A stretch of 59,975 nucleotides of DNA, filler included, from Sphacelaria rigidula (GCA_964200075.2; 5 parts of 5 records of this genome joined end to end with filler, not necessarily neighbours in it); one strand, 5' to 3'. Shown: positions 12,017 to 24,515, numbered from the whole stretch's first letter. The notes: generated by a model from the letters alone, not told the origin. Translations and numbers: made by a program.

Positions 12017-13829
12017 CCAAAAGGGAGGCGGGGTCAAAGGCCCCCCAAAAAAACCAAAAAAAAAACGGGACCCCCCCCCCCCCCCCCCCCACGTTTGAGA
12101 CTGCGCTAACGAAGGAGCGAATACCGCCCCCGAAATCTTCCCATGAATGTGCTGCGGGCTGGTCCCACTTTTTCATTAAAAAATATGTCTGCAGTGATTC
12201 CTCACGCCAGATTTGAGAGTCAGGACCTGACATTTCGAAGGGAGGGGTGCATCGACCATGTGAATGCCATGGCTTGTTTGCATACACACAACTGTTCGGC
12301 GGCTAACGCCGCCACGCTCAAAGGATCGACGGCCAAGAAACATGTTAACTGGCGACCATAGCGAGAGAAGGCAAACCTGACCGTGTGAGGGTGCATCATG
12401 AGATACTATGGCTTATGATGTGCAACGGTACGACCTTGTACATGCCGCAGAGTGTCCTTTGTCCTTTGACCGTCATTATAGATCGTCTGGCTCCTGCACT
12501 ATTTTTCAAGTGAAAATAGTGTCAATTCCGCATACATGCACACCGGTATCTGAGTGCACCAGCGCACAAGCCTCGGTCGTTCTGCTTTCCGGGGCAGTAC
12601 TCGTACAGGAGTACAGAGCAGTCGATTGAATGAAGTACGGCAAGGTAGTACAGCACGCGTAGGTGTAGGCAGTACTCGTGTAGCAGTACAGCACAGTTTG
12701 TGTCTCATCCCATCTATTCTGGACGCCAGCCTACACCTTTAGCCAAGAACAAATACACCCTTTCCTCCTATACTTTGCAGCAGTTCAGGTAATTCTGGGA
12801 GGGCTGGTATACCTCGAGCGTGTTTTCATCCTGCACGCATATCACATCGTCTCAAGTGTACCTCCTCCTTGACTGTCGGCATTGCTACTCTACCGTAAAT
12901 ACCTTCGACCTTTTCTCATCAGCAGCTGAATACAACGGTATGAAACGGTCAGCGTGCCATCGCTCAGCACTGAACACAGTCTAATTCAAGGGCAGGAGTG
13001 GCACACCTTGAGAATGTTTTCATCTCGTGCGCATCTTGCGTCGTCTCAACTGTACCTTTTTCACTCTCTTTGTACTGCTGCTGCAGCTGCAGCAGCTGCT
13101 GCTGCTACTACTCTACTCGACCTCTAGTCTAAAATCCACTGCAAACTGATCATGAGGCCTGTTCAAATTTCAAGTGAAAGTGATGCCGATTTCACAATCG
13201 AAGAGCGGTCGAGACACATGATACCTCCGAATTTTGAAAGGGTCCGTTGAGACGTGGAGAAACGAAATACATGAGACGAAACACATCGCATCGCCATAGC
13301 ACCATGCAGAACACAGCGCAGAGAGCAAACGTACTTAAAGCTCAAGCGGAAACAGAACGCACCCCAGTGTCCTGGGACATGGGAGCCAAATGTATACTGA
13401 GAAGTATTCGCGAAACGTGCGTACTCTGAAATCAAGTAAAGGCGAAATGCTGGCTCCTCAGACGCCTAGAGGGAACTGACACCTTTCTGTAGGGAAGTCA
13501 TAAAAGACAAATGACAGCTGGTCTGATTGCTTCTCAGGAAGGAGTGTATGTTTGACTCAGGCTCATTTCGTTGAAGGGAAAAAAAAACTACCCTCATCTC
13601 CGGCGTTTAAACAGATAGCCCCGTACATGCTGTGGCCTTCGAATTGATGTCCAGCTCTCCTCAAATTTCAGATCCCAACTCCCGAACTTTACCCGAGGGA
13701 TTTAAGATATTCACGGTCATTAGGGTGTGTAAACCCCGTGCAATAGTGTAGGGATTTCCACCAATATATATATATATATATGTTGGCCGCAGCTTTTGAC
13801 GGTCGTGACTTGGAAGCTGAAGCACGTAG

Positions 13830-14400
13830 AGCTTTTCGCGTCTTGATCTCAGCGACACGCCTACAATTTTTCAGCGCAACCAAGCAAAAACTCGGATATC
13901 TTGAGTTTTGTACCAAACCGCCACGAACGGGTACGGCGACCACAGGCCCTTATCGGCGTCTCAGGACAGTATAAGTGGTGGAAGCGTCTGGACGACTAAT
14001 CAGAGCGCGCGGTGTTCTTCAGGCTGGCTATAAGGCTTCGGAAAATCTACTCGTTGTGTTACTTTTTGCTATCCCCCGTTCTATTTGCGCCGCAGACACT
14101 TCTTGAGGTCAAGTAGTGGGATCAACCTGCAATTTTGCAGCCGTTGCACACCTGCAACACCACGAACTTGAAATCATGCAGGCAACGCCCGTTACCCTCC
14201 ACGAAGACACAGAGGGTTGCCAACAACGCCTCAACAGAGGGTCGTAACGGTACTGCCACTGACGGCGAAGGGCGTGCGGTACACCAATTCTTGCATTTTT
14301 TTATTGATTTTTGCTGTGATCGTCGCACATGAACTGATCCTCTTGGGGCCCCGCCTTGGTCATTATCCACAAGATAGACGTACGCAAGGTAATAAAACGG
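13830..14400 (-). mobile_element. Degenerate RTE-like LINE, post-RT region
   Basis: YVYLV..SVHVRR (cf. FVYLGG..SIEVxRR), ARPSPSVAVPLRPSVEALL (cf. DRPxAxLxLKVRxLKAEVxETLL), GGLVQNSRYP (cf. AGxLVRQxxxRLP). Confidence 0.5.
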
Positions 14401-14803
14401 AAAGCCTTGCTGAAGAACAAGAAGCGTGGGAAAAGCAAAATGATAATGCAAAATGATAAAGCAAACGGAGTAAACCGAAATAAAAAAAAAGGAGAAACAC
14501 GCAGAAGAAGTAGAGGAAAGGAAAAAGGAGACGGAAGGTGGAAGAACTAGGAAAAAACAAGAAAACAATGGTCCAGATGAAACATAAATGAATAAATACG
14601 AATGCCCGCAAAATCGATGAAGACACATTTCGTGGCCAGGAGCGTGCTGGTTGACGAGGAACAAATGGCGATCGAGCATAGGTCCCCATCTCTGCGCGAT
14701 TGGCATAGGTTCTACGATATTCCACCAACGCCAACTTTCGAGAACCCTGTCTCCTCCTCTGTCCCCTGTACGTTCCTTGTCGTGCCGCCGTCACATGACT
14801 CAC

Positions 14804-15821
14804 CCAAACAAGGTAACCCCACCGGAATGCCAAGCAGCCAACGGCACCTCTCCGCTTTGCTGCTCACGCCCCCCTTTTGTTCCTCGTAGTGGTCTAAACG
14901 CCAAACAGTGCACCTTCCCGCTCCCCGACGTAGCGCAACTATTGGCAGCGCCCCCACCCCTGGTGTCGACGGCTTCATTTTTCTTTTGCGGTGGGAAAGC
15001 AACCGCTTTTTTTCGCATCACTGCAATTGACGTACGTTCTTCTGCGTGTCCGCTGTGCAACACGTCTTCGTCGTTGCTATGCACATTTCCGCCGCTTTGG
15101 CGATCGCCACCGATGTCACTCTCCACACGTCCGTCGCCGCTACGGTCATCGACTGTAGCGGAAGCTGCAAGGTCAACTTCTTCGGTTGACACATCCCACC
15201 CGGTCAGCACTTCCACCGTCTGGTACGTCCCTGTTTCCCGCCGTCTCGTCACTTGCCACAGGCGCACCTCATTCGAGCCCTCCCACGCGACGGCAAGATA
15301 CCGCGAAATCGCAGTGACCGCAGTGGGGGCGCCCATCTCCTCCTCTCCCTCCTCCGCTTGGCTTTCTCTCAACGCATTGGCGGCTACCGCCCCATTTTCT
15401 CCATCAGAATAATCGCGTTTCAAGTCTCCACGAGTTGAGGCGCGCGCGGGTGCAGCCCCATCGTAACCCCTCCTCGAGTCCCCTTGTCGTGTCGAGGGTA
15501 GAGCTGTCCCCGTGCGCCGAGATTTCGAGTCTTGCTGTGACGAGCTCCGGCAGTTATGACGTGTCCACGCTACGCTACGCACTGCCGAATGCTTTTTTTT
15601 TTCGGAACGCGGCAAAGGGTCCTGCTTTCCGTGTGGCTGTATCTCCATCTGCGTTGTGTTGTGTTTGGGTGGTCGGGTGGGGACGTCAATTGTAGCCACA
15701 CAGGTGCCCAAGGGAGGAGGTGGTTCGTTGTCTCGAGTTGAACCATCTGGGACAAACGCTTGCAGCAGCAACACCTTCGAACCGTCTGGGTGCGCGATCA
15801 GGCCCAGTTCAGGGGAGATGG
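14804..15821 (-). CDS. WD-repeat/beta-propeller protein (WDCP/C2orf44-like), large exon; gene continues 3' but is unresolved
   Basis: ~1-kb open frame bounded by a pyrimidine-rich CAG acceptor (15822-15824) and GG|GTGAGT donor (14803); beta-propeller-like segments ISPELGLIAHPDGSKVLL, VRSVAWT, YLAVAWEGSNEVRLWQV, GKVHCLAFRP separated by low-complexity inserts. Confidence 0.7.
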
Positions 15822-15960
15822 CTGCGTGGCAGGGTAAGGGTAGGGTAGGGTAGGGTGGAGGTAACGAGAGTAAAAGAAAACGTCATGTGTTCGTGACGAT
15901 AAGAGGACGAAAGAAGTAAGTGTCATGGTCTCGGCGGGAGTGACTGAATACCGAACGCAC

Positions 15961-16021
15961 AGTTGAATCGCAAATACTTGTTTGATGAGCAAGTTGCACA
16001 CTCGCCGACAATATTATGCAT
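15961..16021 (-). CDS. WD-repeat (WDCP-like) gene, predicted exon 1 (MHNIVGECATCSSNKYLRFN)
   Basis: ATG at 16021, donor T|GTGCGT at 15960; phase 1 joins in frame to the acceptor at 15821 (139-nt intron). Confidence 0.45.
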
Positions 16022-17350
16022 GGGTCACACGTGCTTTTCTTGGTATTAACTAGTAAACATGGTATTGCAAACACCCGTTTTTGGAAAATAAAACACACTA
16101 CAGCACTCGACAAAGTGAACGTCCCTTCCGTACACTATTTTCCTTATTATGACGGTGATAACACGAGAGGACAGCGGCCAACGTCTCTATTTGACACACA
16201 CACATATATATATATACAATATACAAATGATCGGATAGTTCACATCACCAAAAAAGGTCTAGCCTTCTCTCGACTTTCATGCGGAGGAACAACAATGTGA
16301 GGGTATCCTGTATTCGAGTTCCTGAAGCGTACCTCGAAGTAATGTGCTGTAAGGTCCTGACTGTCAAACAAGATGTGAACGCCTGCTGGTGGCACAAAAA
16401 AAGCAAGGCTGTACACATGAAAGTCCGTAGCAAAGGTAGGAATTGAATCGTCGCTGGTGTTACAGCCGTCGGTTCGCCGACCATCCACAGTTGATGAAAA
16501 CGTGCTGTGTCCTACTTACATTCAAAGAAATGCTATGAGAAGGGACGAGAACTCAACAGAAAGCACCTGCGGGTGGTTCGCGTTACATGATAGGTTTGTC
16601 ATGCTATGATACACAGCATAGCGTACTGTTGTACAATACATCCAAACTCATTGCCTACGGATGTGTTGTCTCAGTTGCACCTCTGTCGAGTGCTGTCGAA
16701 AAAAACAACGAAGGTGCTTTGTTGTGTACCGTTACACTCCTTAAAAATCTGAAAACAAATGTGAACCTCACAAGTGCGTGCGGGGTAGTTGATGACAGCT
16801 CTGGGCACGAGGTTCCTTGATCTGCCGTTTAGTTTGTGTCCAAGTCGGCGGCAACAGCAACCTGACGAGGATAACTTGGAACACCGACAGGCCAAGATAG
16901 TCGGCACGCTTGCATTTTTTGGACAGCTATATACGGTGACAAAAGGGCAATTGAGTGATGCCGCGATACTTCCTCCCCAGGAACATGGCTGATTTGAGGA
17001 GGCAAAGTCTACATGAAATTCAAAATGACAAAGCTGAGCACAACCCGCAGCTGCGAACTCCCATGCTTGGGATCGTTTTCGCCAATGTCGTCAATAGTAG
17101 GGGCTTCCTGAACTCTGAAACCATCTATCATGTGCTGTATTGCCGTTTTCTTCGTGACAAAAACGGGAGTTTTTTTTTTTGTGTGTGTGTGTGGGGGGGG
17201 GGGGGGGGGGAGCGCAGCACCACCCATTTTTTCAAGATTGTTTGGTGTGGTAGCTTTATGGTTTTCCTCTGGGGCAAAAGAACCNNNNNNNNNNTCAGTT
17301 TGATGTGGGGTTGTTGCGGTGGCGGCGGGGCGGGTAGGGGGTGTTTTTTT

Positions 17351-17388
<38 letters not shown>

Positions 17389-17525
17389 TCGCAGCATCAC
17401 TCAGTTCTTCAAGATTGTGTGCTGTAGTAGCTGTATGAGTTGCCTCTGGAGCAAGAGCACGCTGTCGCTCGCGGAGTTTAGGTGTCGGTACGATCCTATG
17501 AGAAGTGTAGTAACTGTGCGATACA

Positions 17526-17880
17526 GTCGCCCCGGTGGCTCCGTTGGTAACCTCGAAACCTTCTGACGGTAGGGTCGTGGGTTCGAATCTCGGAGTGATA
17601 TGGGATTTTTTCTCACACAAAGCCCAACGGTGGAGAGAGCGACTATGTCGTGGGTACACAAAACTTGACTTCGTGGTTGACGAGGGAAAGCAACTGCTGC
17701 ACCCCTCTCGCGTTAAAAAAAAAAGGCAGGCATCGCAGGAGGAAGGGGGAAAACTAAAAAGAAACAAAACCTCCTGTGTTGGCCTTCCTTCTGTGTGACT
17801 CCACCTGATGCGCCCACATATACCGAAAGGTGTAGACCACGGGCGTTCAGAATACATGGGACAACAGCACACAGTACACA
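17526..17880 (+). mobile_element. tRNA-derived SINE, near full length
   Basis: A box GTGGCTCCGTTGG, B box GGGTTCGAATC, body shared with 28870-29228 and 59433-59658, CA-rich tail. Confidence 0.85.
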
Positions 17881-18499
17881 CATGCAGTGAGTAGTACCGC
17901 ATCGACCTACATTGTGGTGACGGGCAAGCTTGGTTGACGAGGAGTTTTTAAACGTTGCTTTCTTCGAGCAACAACAGCGATGCACTTCCCGAATATCAAT
18001 CTTTGAAAGATCCCAGCGAGAGCGATCTTTCCAAATGCACACCGTTCGGCGGATGTGGTCGCCGCAGCATTCGAGATGGTCATTCTTGCAAAATTCCTCG
18101 CCCGGGGCGGGGCGGGGGGGAGAACATCCGTAAAAAATTCGGGGCTTTTGGATTTGCAGTATGCTCACGGTGCTGTGTCCGTTATTCAATTACCGGGTGG
18201 CAGCAGCAAAACCTAGATAACAAGTGAACATTAACATCTCGCCCCATCTAAAGTGCTGACTTATGCAGTGTCGGCTTCATGTCAAGTACAGCACTTCCGG
18301 CACCTACATGATCTATTCTGCAATGGTGGTGCCCGGAGTACGCTATGTATATGCACGCAAGCGAACAGTATCCTGTCGAAGCCGGGGCAGGGATTGTACG
18401 TGTAATAGAACAGCCAGCACAGGTGGCAGAAGACGACCCTGACCCTGATCTTTTTGGGGGGCGAGAGGGAAAATTTATATTTTTTTCCGGGGTGTTGAA

Positions 18500-18618
18500 C
18501 CCTTTTGGAACCCATTGACGATTTTTGTTTCTGTGAGTCAGCATCATTTCCAGTCATCTTTCAAGTCAAAATGATGCCGATCCACAAAAACAAAAATCGT
18601 CAACGGGTTCCCAAAGGG
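18500..18618. mobile_element. 119-bp piggyBac-like MITE (hairpin)
   Basis: ~50-bp TIRs CCCTTTTGGAACCCATTGACGATTTTTGTT... / ...AACAAAAATCGTCAACGGGTTCCCAAAGGG; flanks TGAA/TTGA (decayed TTAA); related right end with intact TTAA at 48064-48128. Confidence 0.75.
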
Positions 18619-19446
18619 TTGATCAACCACGTGTATGTGAACACCTGTTGGTAAAGTCTGCACTATGAGCCTGCCACTTGAAAAACACCCGCCACGCTAG
18701 GTCGTTCTCTGACCCTGCCCAGCAACACGGTTAGAAAACAAAGCAGTGCAAGCGACACAAATATTGCAGTGCGTGTGCGCAAAATATTAACGTAGTGCCC
18801 GTGAACTTCAGAGAGTGGGCTTTTTTTCAGACCGGGTATCATGTCTTCCCTTGTGGAAATTTTGACCTGAACGACTGGACATTTAATCCATTTATTAGCT
18901 CGAACAGATGTTTGATCCCCTTACTCGTGGAAGCAATATGCCTTGCCTAAATTTCAATCAGACAATACCCGACGGGATGATAAGAACCGCGTCAATTCTT
19001 GACGAGGTTCACCTCGAGACAAACAGACCCATCTTGTTGTTTGGCCGATCGAAAAAAGTGCCGAACCTGTGCCGATGAGGTTGCCACATTGAGAATCAGG
19101 CAGGACGTACACTACTACCACGAGTAAGTGTTTCAACCATTTTCCAGGGTACATTAAATAGTTCGTTCAGAAAAAAACTGCAGAAAACGAGGAAACGGTC
19201 CCCAGCCTGACATATCACGGTCTCATCCTCATGGACATTTCGTTCACTGTAGATTCGAATGGGATGGAGCATGTATTGCCGCAACTCCATGTCTCCTTGA
19301 GACCATCGAAGTGGCGCGCCATATACTGTGGCACTTGTGTGCAAGTGCGTCGGTATCGTGGAATGAGTAGCGCTAAGTAGTAGTAGTCGTCCTCCAGTCC
19401 ACTGTTTTTTATATTTGTGTTTCAAGGGTATGCTGGGTACGGTAAA

Positions 19447-19571
19447 TGCCCGATTGTTTACTCTCCCGAATTTTGTGTTGCGATGGTCCGATCTACAAAC
19501 TCTATCCAAATATTGGGTAGAGTTAGGTACGATTGCAACAGTCTACTCGACATCTGGCGATTGTTGAGTAC
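19447..19571 (+). repeat. Interspersed repeat shared with 9940-10057
   Basis: See 9940-10057. Confidence 0.7.
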
Positions 19572-20539
19572 AATCCCAATAATCTACCGGAGTTTTGGGT
19601 GCTTGGAATTCGATTTTGTCAAAATATGCATATATGGGAAACACCCTACTCAACGCGCCCTTGCTGTACTTCTCTGGCGATAAAAAAAAAAACGCTTGGC
19701 GTCATCACAGAGGCCTTCTACTACAATAATGCGCGATAATGCCTACACATCACCTGCGATTCTTCATCGTTGCCATCCCAAGTCTTGGGGTTTTTGCAGC
19801 GCGTGGTTTCGTTGAGTTCCCCAGAACACGTATATGTCTCCTGTCCCTAGGTGAAGTCTGCCATGTTTGTACCGGCCCTTGGTCAAGTCTGCCATGTTTG
19901 TACCAGCCCTCGTCCGTATCCGACCGCTTGGACGATAGTCTTATTGAGTTCTTTGGCATTTTTTTAGTTGAACCGTTTGTTCATTTTTTTGTTCACGCAT
20001 TACCCTGCACGCCCGTACGGCTGAAGAAAAATCCACAGGCCCGAAAATGGCGGCAGTTCCCCCCTATTCCGGCGGGAGGACATAAAAAAAAACATGACCG
20101 GCTCTACTTGTTCACCGCCCGGAGCGCCGCGGCCGTTTTGTTAAGTAAGAAACGACAGACGCCCACTCCGACTTCTGTGTGGGAGGACGAGCTCACCGGT
20201 GTCTTCTATCTGAGCTTGGTGATTTTTCCATAGTTTTGACGGGTATTGGAACCAATCGTAGGGCTCTGTGGGCGGACCTAGAATGCCTTTCGGCACCCTT
20301 GAGTTGCCTGGCGGAATGGCCAGCGCTATCCCCACCACCATGGTGTAGCGGTGGCCCAACGATACTCGGGCACCGTGTTTACGACGTGGGGGTGTGTCCG
20401 CAGGAGAGTCCGTCGTGGTTGTGGTTGGTAGTGGGCGACTAAACATCTAAACTCTGAAAAAAACGGATAATAAAAACGAACCTCGAAACATTCCGGAAGC
20501 ACTTCCAAAATATGGACCATGGAGTTTTGGGGATTTTTT

Positions 20540-21085
20540 TTTTCAGGATCAGGACGCGAGAACTTCAAATTGAAAGCTTGCAAAAACTTCAGGATGGAAG
20601 GTGAAAAATTCAGGGCAGAAGCTGACGTGATGCTGTTTGATATAAAATCATTGTTCGCGGTGATTGGCCGCAGGTTACCCCACCAAATTGGCGATCAACG
20701 ATTCGATTCGGAACTGCAGAGGTCAGCACAGCGCTTCACAGCATCGAGTCTCTAGTACAGACAGTACATCATGATTGTATCGTATCCTGCCGTCCCGTCC
20801 CGTCCCGTCCCGTCCCGTCCCGTACACTACAATATACTACGCCGCAGTAGAGCGCACTTATTTTGCTGGTTAGGGTATAGTGATTGTGAACTGGCCATGA
20901 CTGCTGGTGGGAGTGGTGTTGATTCCTCTTCGTTCCATCCTGAGTTCTGCAGGAGCACTTCAGAGTTCAGGATGGAGGACTCAAGTTGGGGCTTCGATCC
21001 TGAACAGTTTATCCTGAACTCGTCTTTGGGATGAAATCTGTGCCGTTACTGGCTTTTCCCCCCTTCCGTCCTGATCCTGAATTGT
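20540..21085. mobile_element. Degenerate TIR element with repeated TTCAGGAT motifs
   Basis: TTCAGGATCAGGACG at ~20542 inverted to CGTCCTGATCCTGAA at ~21067; internal TCAGGATGGA/TCCATCCTGA pairs; contains a (CCCGT)n tract at 20790-20823. Confidence 0.5.
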
Positions 21086-21647
21086 GAATAAACAGTTTCG
21101 AAAACCCTCGAATGGCCCCGATTTTCTTTTTCTTTTTTTCCATTGGACCTTCATCAAAGTCGGAGGGACCTCAGTTTTCCCTCTATCTTTGCGAAAATCA
21201 GGTACAATCGTTCTCAAATCGCGACATCCCGATTTTCGATTCTCCGATTTAGCCCAGATTGGGGTCCATAAATTGGGAATCCCGTTTTTTTGTCCCCCGA
21301 TCTGCGTACGAATCGAGATTGGTGACTGCCATGAAAGTCTGTCGAAGAAAGGTCTACAATTCTGGCCGTATTGTCCAGCGATGTTGTTTTATGGCAAAAA
21401 AAAAAACGACGGGAAAACACGAACTGTAAGAAACGGCCGAGTAAGACGTGATTCAAACGGTGGCGGCTAAATGCGATGGCCTGCTATGTTGGATGGAGTG
21501 GATGCTGAATCTCCCCTCTCCCGTCCCCCCCGCTGCTCTCTCTCTATCTCCCTCACACACATACATACACACAATTATCGTCGGCCAGCTAATTGCGTCG
21601 CTCGCAGTACCATGTGGCTCTAAAAATCGCAGTAAGGGGTTCCCAAG

Positions 21648-21721
21648 CGAGCCTACGTCTGTGACCACGGGTTCGCGAGATCGGACTAATGTGCGGAAAT
21701 AATATTCAAAATAATAATAAT
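21648..21721 (+). repeat. Retroposon 3' end with (TAA)n tail
   Basis: GAGCCTACGTCTGTGACCACGGGTTCGxGAGATCGG..TAAT..TGCGGAAA + TAA repeats; longer copies at 29801-29940 (+) and 49980-50133 (-). Confidence 0.8.
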
Positions 21722-22168
21722 CTTGGTCCGCACTAGGGCGGGGTGCACGCCACACTCAACTTATCTCTTTTGGGATCGGGCCTCCAGAACGACCGGTGAG
21801 GCTGGTCAGGAATGACGTGTATGGCGTATGCACGAGACAGTGGCGTGTTGCTGAAATTCCGCGAATGTAACCGCAGGGTTATGACAGAGACCGAAAGTTT
21901 TATCCAATCTATTTTTAGGTGCAGGGTGCGTATCAGGTGGTGTACATCTGATGTAGCAAGCAGTATGGGTCGCGGTAGAGAGCTCGCAACAGGTTGGGGC
22001 GACCGGCGGGCCGCCCGCCACTTGTGGCTTTGGATTATACCATCGTCCCCATCACCTTGCCACACAGTCCTTTGTGGTCGGGGTGGGCCGCCATTTCCCC
22101 CTTTGTGGCATGCGGCAATTTTTCTTCGAACGGTAGCAGCGTTGCGGCGCGCATGCAAACAACAGTAT

Positions 22169-22223
22169 AGTACAGTACAGTACAGTACAGTACAGTACAG
22201 TACAGTACAGTACAGTACAGTAC
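22169..22223. repeat. (CAGTA)n pentanucleotide microsatellite
   Basis: About 11 tandem units immediately after a splice donor. Confidence 0.95.
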
Positions 22224-22225
22224 AC

Positions 22226-22419
22226 CTCTCCGACTGAAGCAGCAGCTGCCGCTGCATGCTCCCTCGCACGTTCTGGGCCTCAGCTACTGAAATGAACTGC
22301 CTATATACCGCTTCTTCATCCCCGCCCACGACATACATGTTGACTGAATACTGCAAGTCATCGGCCGACGGATAAGCAGAATTCATGACGGTAGCTCCTT
22401 TTGTCTTTCCACGGCCCAT
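22226..22419 (-). CDS. Probable coding exon of an unidentified gene (MGRGKTKGATVMNSAYPSADDLQY...LLLQSE)
   Basis: 194-nt open frame starting at CAG|ATG, donor AG|GTGTAC at 22225, protein-like composition. Confidence 0.45.
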
Positions 22420-23932
22420 CTGTGTTTAGGCATCGTGAAAATGACCACATTGTAGCATTTATACTCCTTCTCCGTTTTTCCGGTCGACCCTGTCTTAGTG
22501 TGAATACTACGTTTTAGTTAAAATCATGACCCGAAAAACCCACCGGAAAACTCGGGAACGCTGTACTGAGTGGAAGTAATATTATATAACCAAGATCCGA
22601 CCGCCCTGCACTTGGAAACCTGGGAAGGCTTATCTAGGCCAGGGATAGGCCCCCCACACGATTTTTGCTGTGGCATCATACTCACCAACAATCCCCGCGC
22701 TGGTCGTTCGGGTCTGGTCAATAAAGTTCGCCTCGCCGTGATTGGGCAGGTCGCTCGAAGACTTTTTTTTTTATTTCCCCACTAATAACACAGGGTCAAC
22801 CCCGTGTTAGTGGGGGGTCGGTCCCAAAAGGGTTAGAAGAAAGGCTGATATTTCGCGTTTGTTACGATATATGCCACCTTGTTGCAGAGCCGGCACCGTA
22901 TAGAACCATGCAGGTACAGTGCAGCACACAGCACAGTCAAAGTAACGTGGGCACAAAATATAGGCATTGCAGCACAGACGGTACAGTGAGGGCTGCACAG
23001 GAAACAGCAAGGTACGGAAATCTGCCCCCTTGCCGCAAATGCTCATGTTCCCACATGCCTGAAGAGAGCGAAAGACGCACACTGGTTTCACTCTAGCCAC
23101 CGATCATACCCGAACACAACAGATAGGACGCAGAATGAACAAGGCACTGGCGCAAGGACAGCATAACAATGCATTCGCGATGAAAAATCAGCGTGGCCAT
23201 GAGTGGCAACGCTGGCGCAGTTTCCAAGAAGATCGAGAAGTATTCAAGGGGTGTTATTCCCCGTCATTAATGGTGATTGCAGCAGTTGTTTGCTCACCGC
23301 CTTGAAGGTAGTTTATCCCGAATGGCCGCAGACGCACCGACTGTAACAGTGGCAATTCGTCGATAGGTGATATCTCGTATTCCGGCCAGGATCCTGCCAT
23401 TGTGCTGAAGTACCAGCGAGAGACCGTACTGGGCCCGATACCGTGTCACGTTTTTTATCACCCCTCAAAAAACAAGCTGCGGTACTCACGGTTGTATTGA
23501 GACATAGAATCACAAGTGTAGCGATATACGCTTTCAACCCACCCGCAGAGATACCTTGTTGAAGAGATTTGTGTCAATTCTACCCACCAAACCGCAGAAA
23601 CCGGCAGTGAATACTTCCCGAAGCTCCCTCAGGACACTTGCCGAATGTACAATCCCCGCTGTCATGTTCCATTCTGATAACCACAAGCTGCCAGTCTCGT
23701 GCCAGTCACCGCTGAAGGGTGCGACACATATTGGTTTGTATTTCATACCCTTTGGTCACCGCTGTTACGCGGAGAAAATCCCATGCTGTTCACCACCCCC
23801 CCTCAGAACGAGATCCGACGGAGTAAAAGAAGTCGGCAGGGCAAAAATGTGACACTGATGATGCACAGCTATGTGTGTGTGTGTTGTGTGTTGTGGTCCC
23901 CTTTATTCTCGGCGCCAGTCTGCACCTTTCGG

Positions 23933-24032
23933 NNNNNNNNNNNNNNNNNNNNNNNNNNNNNNNNNNNNNNNNNNNNTTAATTAATTAANNNNNNNNNNNN
24001 NNNNNNNNNNNNNNNNNNNNNNNNNNNNNNNN
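23933..24032. other. Artificial 100-nt contig spacer
   Basis: Same N-TTAATTAATTAA-N linker. Confidence 0.97.
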
Positions 24033-24443
24033 GGATGCGAGGTCAATGGTCTTATGACTATGGCATGCATGATCATGAGTACACCCCCCCTTCCTCCCTC
24101 TGTCCCGGCCTTGTAGGGATGTGAGATAAATGGTCCTATGACTACAGCATGCAAGATCATGATTACACCCCACCCTCACCCCCTCCCTTCCGCGCTATTT
24201 TTGTATTATATTACCCCCACGCTTTCCGACACCAAAAATTAGTCCCAAGATTTTCGTTTCGCTTGTTGCGCGTCGGCCTTTTTTCCCCCCGACTCGGTCG
24301 CTCGGCCTTTTCCTCGCGTTCATATTTTGTTTCTGATTTTTTTTTGCGGGCGGGCGGGCGCGTGGGGGGGGGGTGTTCGGTATGGCATGATGATGATGCA
24401 TGCCCGCTGGGAATGGATGTGCTTGGAATGAATGCCTTTGCAG

Positions 24444-24515
24444 GACGAGCAGCGATTGTGGGATTTGGAAGAGAAGCGCCTCCTGGAGCAGGCAGAGAGT
24501 AACCGGCGCGCACAG
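24444..24515 (+). CDS. Coiled-coil protein (DSN1/Mis13-like), internal exon DEQRLWDLEEKRLLEQAESNRRAQ
   Basis: TTTGCAG| acceptor, CAG|GTGACA donor, 72 nt, phase 0-0; upstream exons lie off-contig. Confidence 0.7.

Noticed and set aside
12080-12380. Continuation of the copia remnant across the spacer, or next exon of the WD gene
   Set aside because: Different contig from the copia remnant; both readings (HMVDA-like motif versus FAFSRYGRQL) are too weak to call
12821-13060. Two ~55-bp diverged direct repeats (ACCTxGAG..TGTTTTCATC...CGTCTCAAxTGTACCT)
   Set aside because: Real but short local duplication with no further structure to interpret
14651-15412. 253-aa plus-strand ORF, and similar long ORFs such as 56512-57102 (-) and 43320-43826 (+)
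   Set aside because: Antisense shadows of real coding sequence in GC-rich DNA
17195-17470. Apparent tandem duplication after poly-G runs
   Set aside because: The first copy is an error-rich version of the second, next to a homopolymer and a 10-N gap; typical low-quality read-end artefact
17526-17600. tRNA gene
   Set aside because: A and B boxes are present but there is no full cloverleaf, and it continues into a multicopy SINE body
23123-23239. Exon-like segment (IGRRMNKALAQG...FQEDRE) that would splice in frame to the DSN1-like exons
   Set aside because: Lies on the other side of a contig spacer and has a weak donor; linkage unsupported
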